DNA of 64,000 nucleotides from positions 620,001-684,000 of the forward strand of contig JAYWIR010000039.1 in assembly GCA_036172245.1 (NCBI GenBank), given 5' to 3'. Positions 14,401 through 25,100 of the stretch are shown in pieces (positions within the stretch are counted from its first letter, which is position 1; each line of letters starts with the position of its first letter). Origin of the DNA: Raillietiella orientalis (Eukaryota). Both the position numbers and the translations under genes were made by a program. A model generated the notes under the pieces. It was not told where the DNA came from, made no database searches, and worked only from the letters and a program-made list of their open reading frames with translations.

Positions 14401-17400
14401 CTCGCTTTGGTGCTCTTATCCTGTTGAGTGGCGGCAAGATTTATCGAATGGTCTTCCAGACCGAACTTGAAAAACGAAGTACAGTAAGTAAATCAGAAGA
14501 CCAGAAATCAAGCGTTTTCAATTGATGCAAACACACACCTACACGATCGCCATCTTCCATTTGCTGCTCCACGTTGATCCACCTGAAAATAGAATCGCAG
14601 CTGACGTTCCTACCAGGAAAGTGACCTCTCTTCGAAATGTTGACGCAACGTTGAAAATGGAGCGCGTTAAGCTCTGGTTCCCTTCTCGAGGATTAATCTA
14701 TTTTCCCTCTATTGCTCATCTCGCGAAATTACACTCACCGGCGACGAGCTCTCCTTCTTTTTTTCTTTTTGCCACCGTGGGTTCGACGGTTCTCTTCCGA
14801 CCCCGCAACCTCTGGTTCTCGTTTGAATGCCGATGGCGTTGCCATCCCGTGTCGGGGATGCTCGTAACCGCAGCTCTCTTTAACTCTCTTTTTGCAAGAC
14901 TTTTCATCGTCTCCAGCTCTGGCGTTCGCCTTGCAAAATGCTAGCCAGGAAACACAAAAAATCTTCCGTGTCCCAGTAGACAGCTTGTTTTTTCAATAAA
15001 GGTAGTTTTTTTTTTTTTTTTTTCCTTCCTTTCCGATGAAGTCATTCATAAGTGAGTTGTATTTTCGCTGCTCGATCTTCTAGGGATTCTTCTTTGAGCG
15101 TTCCCCCAGTAACTCGCGTGCCACCTTGGGCGAATTTCTGCCCTCTTAATTTTGGGAGTTTCCACCATCACCCGTCGCGTGTGATCATTTCCCTTATCTC
15201 TGCACGTTCACCCTTTTCACACGATCGTTGCTGCTCGCACTGTACGCGGTCAGTCTCCTTTATCCGTACTGGTAACCTGGTTTGGTCTTGGGTTTCGGTC
15301 TGAGGCGAGGAGAGAGCTTCAGTATTGTATACATCGCTGCTGCGTACTCGGGACTATTGATTTCAAGATGCCACCATCCTGGGGATCACCATCGTTTTCA
15401 ACCGGGTCGCGCCGCAAATTTCTTCAATTGCAATTATTGTTTCCATTTTTGCCTTTCGATGCAAAAAGTTCTTCTTCCAAGGAGAGCACGGTGCGCATAT
15501 TCATTTATGAAACTCACCGGCGTGAGTTATTCTTCTCGTTCGATTTACTCTCTCATTCATTCTTTTTGATCGTCCATTCTCGGTTCCCGCTGCTAATTGA
15601 TAACCGGCCAACCCTTCGTTTCCTTGGATTAATGAACCGATGCTGTTCAAAGGCAGATTTCATTTCATTTTTCATTTCGGATGGCCATGTCGATGAATGC
15701 TTTGGTTTTCTGAAATTCGGCGCTCTCCGCGCGAGAAGTGCGGGGCGTCGGGCGGGTTCGTTTCATCTGATGATTTGCTTCGGGATCAGCGTCGTCGAAC
15801 GGATGCTGATCAGCGAGTCGGGTAGCCGGGATCGGACGAGTCATTACTCTGCGGAAACTTTCCTTTCCCTCGAAAGCCCCAAAAAGTTTGCCAAGGGGGG
15901 TTTTCCAGTCTGAATCGAATTTTTTTTCGAATTTTCCTGCACGCTTTTGTTCTGCTCAAGGAATTCGTTTTTCTTCGGTTTCCAAAGTTGAGGTTTCGGT
16001 GGCACGCAATCTGCAGTTTTTGCGCCTCATCCCCTTAGGCGGTCTTCCGAGCTCCCGTGGAAAGACATCATCGGTGTGAAAAGAGACAAATTAGTTGGCG
16101 TCTAAAAATTCCAGTCTTTCCGCGGAGTGACATTCGCTTTTCGGTCTTCAGGGCCTGCCAAGGGGCCTTCGTGAAAAGGTTTCTGTGCGTCATGAAAGCT
16201 TGCGTGTGTACCGTAAGCAGTCTGATCATTCCTGCCCATGTGCGTACGCTGGTGATTAACCATTCGTCATTAATTCGACGCACATGCCTTGCGCTCCCTG
16301 ACATGCTTCAGTGTACTTTACCTGGTACTCTAAACTCTATTGAATGGGATATAAGAAGTCTTTCTGACAAATTGATCCCTTCGTTCTGGGGGGGGAGGGG
16401 CAGAGGGGAAGAGGAAAGAGAAAGAAAGAAAAAAAAAAATGAAAAATTAATGTTAGGAGGATTTCCCTTTCTTCTCTTGAGATCGCTGATCTCCATGACT
16501 GCGCAGTCTTTCGAATCAATTATCGGAAGAGTGTGCAGGAAAGCTTATTAATCGATTTGTTTTGAACACTTGCATCCAAGTTACTCGAAAACAATTCGGA
16601 AGACGTCATTTCGTTACGATGATCACGGTGCAGCGTCGCCAAAGGGCACGGCAATGAGTTGTGAATGAGACGCACCTTAATTTCGTCTTCAGTGAGGAGA
16701 AGGACGTGGTGACTCACGTTGCAATTTCGTTCCCATCGTTCTGACGCCAGTACTTTGGTTGCCCGGGCGACGTTTCTTTTCGCGATCGTGGGATGGGGAT
16801 GCCACGGATGATCCTGTTCATCAAGGGTTCATAACGGAGCTGCTGTGGTCGCCAGCGTCCTCAAGAAAAGGTCTGGATCTCATTGCACAGTGAGAACCGA
16901 AAGGAATCAGCCTCGGCTGTCCTCCACGAAGATCGTTCGAGGTCCAAGCCTCCGATCGTTCTGGTGCGTCCGCACACGCATTCCCGGCTCACTCGAAGAA
17001 AAACGAAAGGGTGGATTGTGTGGTCGTGCGCGCACCGTGGCTCCAAGTGATCGCTCGTGCTAGCATGTGGCACGCGTGACCCGAAATATCGGAAAGCAGT
17101 GGCAGGCGATTGCTCCATCCTGATGGATGATGCGCCTCTCCATCCAAAAACATCTTTCGCTTATCTCGTTGTTTTCGGTTGGCGGGATGGAATCGTCCTG
17201 GTTGTCGTCCCATCTTCCCAAAGCTCTTGGAGGAGTACGGGAGGGTGGAAAACTGCAGTCTGTTCACGGGAATTTTCCCGATTCGGTTTGCTTTCCTTGG
17301 CATTCGTACTACGGTCAGGGCTTGCGAGTTCCTCCCCCCTAGCAGTGAAGCCTCTCCACGACCGTGTGCCCGACGTGTTCGTGGCAGTGTTCTTGTGTTG

Positions 17401-19136
17401 CAGCACCGGACTCGATTGTGAGTTTCCCTTGCAGTTGTTTTGACAGCATTTCCTTTTGCTGCTTTACGTCATCGCTTGCCTTTTGTTCGCATCCACGGTC
17501 TCGCAAACAACAGCGGCGACCAGGAATGCCCACTTGAGGACCGAATGCCCCATCGGTTAACCGGCAGGGGAAAAGTCCCTGCTCTTTTGTTCCTTCATTC
17601 GTGCTTTACGCCGTTTGACACGACACGATTTTTCCACTTGGTGGCATCTTTGTGTGTCGGTGGTACATCCAGTCGTTTGCGATCGAATACGGATAAGCTG
17701 CTCGTTCTTTTCGTCAGTTGTGCGATAGCACAGTTACTCACATAAACCTTTTCGCCGTGGTATCATTTCTATGATTGCCTGCATTCGAGAGGGAGACTCT
17801 CGCCTCGAAGGGAATTTGCTTAAATTCCAGTCGGTTGTGACTAACGGAATGCCGTACTAGATGAGAAAGCTGAATTTCGGTCCAGCTCGCTTCTGGCTTT
17901 GTGCGGTTGCATCTTTCCGTTTATTAATTGTAAATGCCCGATAGTGAAGGAAGTGAAGATTAATGATGGTAATAAAGAAATACGCGCCACCGTGAGGGTG
18001 CTGCGCTCTGCATTGTGATTTGTCTGCGCGTCCCCTCGTCTTTTGCAAGATTCTTTATCAATATCGAATTTCTTTCCTGGTAAAATGTCATTTGGCATTC
18101 GCTTCTTTTTGTTGTTTTCCAATCGACTGCCTATCTGTGATTATAAGGCGAAGAATTTGTTCTTTGTTTTGATTTCCTGCTGCTCTTAAATGCGCTCTCA
18201 ACGGGGTTGTTTTTTTTTTTTTTCTTTCAAGGAGAGAAGGAATGTCGGAGAGTCTTTTGGACAGATTGGATGATGAGGCAAGGACCGTTGTGCTCAGCAA
18301 ACAGTACCGCATGAATTCCGAAATCACCCGTCTTGCCAACATGTTGATCTATGACGGAGCTCTCGAGTGCGCCAATGATGCAGTTGCCTCTGGGACTCTT
18401 TTTGCAGAAGAGCAAACGGTACGGGCGATGTTAGCAGCTACCTGGGAAGACACTCTTAAACGTCATTTACAGGGTTACTCGAATCTTTCCGATTGGTTGC
18501 AAGTTGTGCTCGACCCTAGCATCGACCATTCCGTTGTGTACCTCGACACGTGGCCTCTGAATGCTCACCAAAGCTCCCAGAATGCGCCAAGAGAGCCTCC
18601 TGAAGAAGCCTGCATAGCGGCGGACATTTTGAAAGCGCTCGTGTCGGTAAGGATCCTCGGAGTGGTGGTGATGGAGCGCAGCTTCACTAGCACCTTGGGA
18701 TTCCGCACCACGCTTGCGGAGTGATTACCCCTTTCCGGGAGGATGTCCATCGTTTGCAGCGTGCGTGCTCCGCGCGCGACGTCGGTCAGGTCGAAATCAG
18801 TACCGTCGATAGGTACCAAGGACGAGACAAGAATGTGATCATCTTTTGCTGCACCAGAAACGCAGCAAATAAGAATTCCGTGAGTGGAAACGAATGGCAG
18901 GTTTAAAGTTTTTCGGGTCCTCATAGAAAAATTCCATATTGGAAGATGTCCGCCGCCTCAACGTCGCCATCACCAGATCCAAGCACAAATTGGTCATTAT
19001 AGGGAACAGCCGCTTCCTTGAAAAGTATGCCCCTTTCCGGAAGTTATTCAGCATCCTGCGATTCGATCGAAAGTACATGTTGAGACGACTCGCCACCACT
19101 TACTGTTTAGAATCGAGTTTTGTGACCACCTCTTGA
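5437..19136 (+). CDS. DNA2: DNA replication ATP-dependent helicase/nuclease DNA2; exons 5437-6338, 6573-6710, 6794-7043, 7088-7441, 7485-7615, 7661-7858, 7902-8084, 8129-8664, 8711-9146, 18232-18646, 18691-18879, 18927-19136
   Basis: Fe-S cysteines: CLRRAVL and CSRCPFLLPC. Nuclease motifs: EENIWSPRFGVKGRIDLT and PLELKTG...HRGQVILY. SF1B helicase motifs: GMPGAGKT (split by an intron), TSYTHSAVDNIL, IIDECTQ, LVGDPMQLPP, QYRMN, GVITPF, TVDRYQGRDK, RRLNVAITRSK. All introns are GT-AG with consistent phase. The start codon and the ~300 aa low-complexity first exon are less certain. Confidence 0.93.
10775..12163 (-). CDS. Cuticle protein with chitin-binding Rebers-Riddiford domain, nested antisense in DNA2 intron 9; exons 12163-12152, 11380-11178, 11126-10775
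   Basis: A micro-exon ATG CTT CAA TGG|GTGAGT splices to ttccaag|GAG, giving the signal peptide MLQWEYILLLAFCMATESLA. The R&R motif YHSQNDLGGYNYGY...KQEIRYPDGSVRGYYS|YTAPNGQ...YVADHLGFR is restored by removing a 51-nt GT-AG intron (11127-11177). AATAAA on - at 10690-10695. Confidence 0.88.
12272..12277 (-). promoter_or_regulatory. Candidate TATA box (TATAAAG) of the cuticle protein gene
   Basis: TATAAA on the - strand ~110 nt upstream of the predicted ATG. Position and sequence are the only support. Confidence 0.35.
14262..14324. repeat. Pyrimidine/(CT)n low-complexity tract
   Basis: Near-pure C/T run ending in ctctctttctctctctttctctc. Confidence 0.7.
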
Positions 19137-22100
19137 AGACTCTTCTTCCCCTTTGCGAGCAGGGTGGACTCGTAAGGGGAGTACACGCCCCTGTGACAGC
19201 GAGCTGGGCGAATAATAGTAATGCATATGCGCAGATTATTTGCTAATGACCTGCGTTTACCATTCATTTCTACTGTGTCTGTCGAATCGTGAAATTCTGA
19301 AATTGCGTTTTCAGTTCGGGCAGTTCTTTGCTCTGAATCTTCCAGGAGCATCGGTCCGTGCGAGCCAATTTTCACGAGTGGCTTTTAGTCTTTTCGTGGT
19401 CCCCCCCTCTTCTACAACGGAACGGCTCCCGGGCACGGCAATTTGTTGTTACCTTGATATAAATAGCAATTAGAGGAATGCATCGTGGCCACGTTTGTAA
19501 GCGGAAGTGCGTGTCTGAGTGACGAAGAGTTGCTGCAGCGCGCGTCTGGACCTCGTATCTCTGAAAATTCGAGTGTGCACCGGCTGGTGAAAGTTTGATG
19601 CGAGGGACTTCATTAGATTGCAGACAATTAAGCTGGTCACCCGTCGGGTGTTTTTTTTTTTTTTTTTTTGCTCTTTTATTCTTTTGGAAAAAAAGGAAAA
19701 AGAAAAAAAAAAAAGAGAGGACGTTCTTGGGAACGTTTTTGTTTAAGAAATGAAATCAGATGCAGCAAGAGATGGAAAAACCCTGAAAAGACAAGTATCC
19801 ACTGAATAAGATCCACATGCTGTTTGGATTCGGTGTGTGTTCTGCGTGTTTTAAGCGATCTCACTGCACAGGTGGTGGTCCACGTGCTGGCGAGATCGCA
19901 CGCCGTCTGTTTTCGTCCTCTGAAGAAACCTGCTCGAGTATTTTGCTTGGATCGAGCACTGCAGTCTTTGCGAGCTGCATCTGACCTTTGGTTCAGCATG
20001 GGGGTGTCCTGGACCGCGGAACCGTTTCCCCGTACCTCCATGAGAACACGTACTTGGGGTTCAGCACGGAGGCTGGCGAGATGGCTTTCAGTTTGCCATC
20101 ACGCCGCTACCCATGCGGGTGCGCGGATAAAAGAGTCGTGTCCGGTTTTATTTATTTTTTGTTTTCTGCCCCAGTTATCTTCCCGAAACTGGGGCTTAAA
20201 CCAGATTCACAGTTGAAAACACGCGGTTCGTACGTTCGACATTGATGCAGAAACGTCCTCCTACCGGAATGCCGATTTCCAGTTCATCTCGGCGAATTGG
20301 GTGCTGCATTTTTTTGCTTTCATCTTTTTTGTTTGCTTTCTCAGTTTCTAGGAGTGCTGCAACACAGAACAGCGTTTTTTTTTTTTTTTTTTCCCCGGCA
20401 AGAGGCCGGTGCGTGCGACTACTCAATGGTTCAGATTTCGAGAGTGATCTTTGACTATCTTCCGTCTGCGTGCTGCTCTCGAATCTGGCCTTCCGATCCA
20501 GGCACATGCGCGTGATCCTTTCTGGTGTCATCTGCGTCCGGAAGATACGTTTCACCTGATTTCGTTTTTGTTTGTTTTATGCACCGCATCATCAGACGAG
20601 AGAAGAGAACTGGTTGGCTGATTGATGAGCCAAAGGAGGGACCGCACGGTCGTTTCGTTAGGACCGTATTGATGGCCACGAAGCTCACTTTGTATCACTC
20701 CAGGTAGAGATAAGAAACAAAAGTGCCCTTGAGAACCCATTGGAAAGAGCGCGAGCAGCGTTTTTTCTTGCACTCGCAGCGCGATGAAAGAACGGGAGTG
20801 GCGGACAGGAGTACCAATGCATCTTTCTCTAGAAAACCATCTTCTTTCTCTCCCGATTTTGGCATTCCGAAATGGTAGCGCTGTTTCCCACTCGAAAAAA
20901 ATGCTATTCGAACGTGCGGCAGGATGAGCTAACAGCGATGTTGAAGGGGCGACCGATGGTGAGCATCGACGGCGTCCTCAGCCCATTCGAATGAAGAGCA
21001 AAATCGTCCTACCTGGCTCCTTGTTGCTTTTTACTCATGCTGCCGGAATTCTCTGCAAGATTGTAGCTCCCCTTTCCTCCCCCCCCCCACATCAAAAAAA
21101 AAAAAAAAAGAAATCCGATCACATTTCCCGGGTCTACAAAAGGAAGCAGGCGACTGGAATTTGAGAATTCCGTCCTTAAGGGTACGAATCGTGCGTGACA
21201 CTGATTAGTAACCTCCTCTGTCTTCGCGTGGCTCCCGAACTGCGTCGGCTATCACGAGGTTTTCTTTGCATGGAAGTGAAGAAAAGTGCAGTTTTGGGGG
21301 GAGTGTTGATCTTTCTGGAATTTGCTTTGGGCGCTGGTAAAATTTGGTCTGCATGAGGCGGGACGAAGGGGCGCGGATTTTGTCCTTCGGTTCCCAGAGC
21401 TTTGAACAGCTGTGCAGAGTCAACTACTACCTGTTCGACGTATCATCTTTGGCCATTTCTCTGATATGGGTTCAATCTTGAGAAGCAAAGAGCGAGCTCG
21501 CATGCGCAACAGCATCGTGTGACTCAACAAGACCAGACCTATCGGAAGTGATGCTGCTGCCTAGCGCTTGCCTAATCGATGAGGTCAGGTGTACTACGCC
21601 TACAGCGTTCTAGGTCAAACTACACAGCCGCCGCCATTCGCCACCTCTGGCTGCTGTTCATAAAGGCACACAGCAGCCGCTTCGGAACCGAGATCACCAA
21701 GACAAAGATTGAGACTGCAGACCTCTTGATGGAGGCCGCCAGATGCCTTGGGTTTTTTTCTTTTTTGGCTCTAATACTGCGCCATTAGAGCGCGATTTCA
21801 GAACTCACTGTTGTTGTCCGCGGGACACCAAGAACTCATGCCACTCGTGCGCGGCAGCTGCACATTCTCCTGGACGCCGGTCGGTTTCATGATGGTGCAG
21901 TTTGGGGTGCGTTTCACCTGGGCGTTCCGGTCGCGCTAGCGCTTCACTGGAGCCTTCGGCACTCCTTATTCACACAGCTCGAGATCGAACCAGAGCAGTT
22001 TGTAGTGCCCGAAGATGGTCTTGGAGAACCAGTATTTACTGAAGGTACCCTCTGGCGGGTGCAGAAGGTCATCTTGGACCGAATGTCTCAGAGGACACTC

Positions 22101-25100
22101 TGCCGCCTTGTCGGGCAGCTGGAAGCTGATAGCGAACCAGTTGGTTGATGACTTATCCTTGCACTCGGTTTCATAGAGTCAGCCTTTTCTGCAAGGATAA
22201 GCCATCGAGCGCCGAGGGTGTTCTGCCAACGTTGCACTGGGGCAGCAGGCGATTAGGAGGCCGCTTGGTCTGCCTCAGCAAGCTGGAATCAGTCCACTGC
22301 TCAGTAAGAGAGGCGTTGTTGGTCACGTCTTGCACGAGGTAGGGGCGCTGAAGCAAGAGGGTTTCCCGCGTGGAGGAAAGGTGCACGGATCCTCCTCTTT
22401 GCCGCCAGGCTGGATAAGCTGCCCCCGCCTAGCCAGCCAGAGATCGCGGTGCGCATCTTGCGTGAACACGCAGCGTTGACGCGTACTCGATCGCCAGGCC
22501 CTTGGTCCGAAATTTTCTTCGCTGCCGGAACTCGGATGGCTGCCTCCGCGAAGCGGAAGACCGCCCTCCGAGATGGGGAAGTCCTCCGAGGAAAAAGTTT
22601 AGGCGAAGAACGGAGCGGGATTGCGGAGACCTTCCTGCGAAAGCGCCTGACTTCCAGCGATGGGCACCTGAAAGAGCGGACCAGTTGTCCCGCCGGCACG
22701 CTTCGTGTCGATAGGTACAAAGGAGCGCTCCTTTTCTCGGGGATGTCGCTTCGGCTGAAAGAACCCGCGCGTTTCCGCGGAAACGGAGGCGCCTCCGGGT
22801 GTTCTTTCCGCCCGTCGCGTTCACTTTCCATCGCGGTCGCTGGTCGTGCCGCTCATTCACCCCCGACGGCTTCACCGTCATGACGCCGGTGCATCTGGGG
22901 CGAAGGCGCAGTCTGGCTGTCTCCAAGTAGGAGCCAAAAGGCCGTCCAGCGTCGCTCCTTTCGGCGCCGTCTTTCGGACCCTGCCGAGCGGGTGCCTCTT
23001 GAAAGTCCTTTCGTTCACCTCGTGCGGAAGTCTCCACGCGGATGCCTGGTCCATCGTGCGTGCGTGCGTGCCTGTTCCACGCTCTACCGGCGTCCAGGAG
23101 CCTCGGTCTGTCGCCCATAGGCAACTTTTGCATTTGCGAGTTCGCTCTTCTTGCCGACCCTGCCCGGTACCGACGTAAAAGCAGAGAAACGACGCCGTTT
23201 GGAAGCTGCAATGTCTCTCGATCTTCGTCGGAACCCTCTGTCCGGGTTGCGAGCACCGGAGAGCCCAGCGGTGCCTCCTCCTCCGCCGAAAGGACGTGTT
23301 TTGGAGAGTCTGGGGGGGAGGGGGAGAGTAGAAGTGTGCACGTGACCGCCGCCACCGTGCGCGTACTGTGCCTCATCCTCCTGTCCCTCACGAGGGTAGC
23401 TGGACGACGTCAGAACAAAGGAAAGCGAAAGTTCGTCCATGTTTTGGGGACGGGATCCTTCAGGTGGAGGAGGAGGAGGAGGGAGGAGCAAACACGTCCC
23501 GCCCTTCGCTCGAAATCTGGCGCTCCACGCGCTCGCCGAACCGAGAGGACAAGCACTCATGCCAGCGATCCGAACACTGGTGGTGGCCATCTCGTCCTTC
23601 GACCGCCAGACGCCCGCCATATTTCACCACCCCACGCCAGTCCCGAACAATAGTCCTGGCATTCCTTCCTCCCCGTCGGTGCTCGCGATGACGCCTGCGT
23701 TGTTGTCACGCCCGAGAAAGCTGGAGCGCGGGATGATTGATGCTGGCGCAACTGCAAGACGTCTGGAGGGTGGGGGGGTGGGGGGGACCGGAACGCGTTT
23801 CGCTCTTGTTGTTGTTTCCCTCCCCACCTGGATCCCTGCGTTCCCGGGAGACTCCTTCAGCTCTCGTATTTGCCCGCCTTCGCCTCATTCTTCAGCCGTC
23901 TCCCGGATGGTCTGGGGCGCGGTATCGCACGAAAATGGTCGCGGCACGCCGGGGGGTACCGCTTCGGCAGGGGAGAAGGCAGATACGTCGTGTTCCACCA
24001 GCCGGGCTTCACCAGCCCTTCCGATCGCCCCGAGAAGTCATCCTGGAGGTCCCGGGGGGATGCGCAATTTTTCTTTCTTTCTTTTTCTTTTTCTCCTACC
24101 CTCCCCAGTTTCGAGCTGAGCGCGCTGCATGTTGGCCTCCTGAGCGTCTCGGGTGCACGTGCGTGGCGACGCGAATGTGGGTCGGCATGGGAGGGAGGAA
24201 TCTCCAGGTGGCAGCATCACATCCTTCCAATGCGCGCGCGCGCCCTCTTCGCCTCGCCGCGTCAACCCGCGCGCGACGCGACTCCGACTCGAAGGGGCGT
24301 TTCGGCTTCCCCTCTTTTTCACGCGAGCAGCACGGACGACGCGAACGGCATTCCTGGCGTGCCGCGGAAGCTCGCAGCCCTTCGTCGCCGTTCCGGACGT
24401 CTTCCCGTTGCTGCGGAGACGTGCTCTCCCTCCCCCTTTCCCTTCCTTCCCTTCTCGTAGCTCTTTCCGTGCGGAGCGTCGCCTCGTCTCAGCATCGCGA
24501 CGGACGCGAAAGACAGAAAAAGCCGAAAAAGTTCCTTCCCGTGCGACGTGGTGGTGGTGGTGGGGGCCACAGAGTTGCGCGTTCCCACTCCCCGTCCCCA
24601 GCTCCATAAACCACGTGGACGCACGCGACGTCGGCATCTCCCCCCTAAGGATTCCCACTGCTGCATCCTTAACCGATTTGCGCTTTCGTAGGTTCCGCGA
24701 GTAGAAAACAGACAAGGAAAAAGAAAACAAGACAAAGAAAGACACAGGGAAGTGGCGGGAATTTCGCGCGCAATTCGTCTGCGCGAGCGTCCCTGGTCGC
24801 TATCCTTGCGAGATTGCCGAGTACCGCGGTCTCGCACGGGCTGTTGCCGTTCTCCTACGCTAAGCAAAGCCCATCCGGCGGCGGATAGTTTCCGTCGGTC
24901 TCGTATATAGGGGTGCCAACCTGAAGATCCCGGATGGTGGCCGTCACCTCGGTGATCCATGCGGAGGTATCAGAGGCGGGAACGCACTCAGCAGCATCTT
25001 CTCTGCCTTCCTCTGATCCCTCCTCCCGTCCACGTGATCTCGAAAGGTTCACGGGGGCATTCGACGCGGCACATGTCGTATTCTCTGGGAGAGGCAGCCA

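Noticed and set aside
21540..22340. Coding-like decayed segment on - strand (EGTFSKYWFSKTIFGHYKLLW)
   Set aside because: It cannot be assigned to any family by eye and has multiple stop codons.
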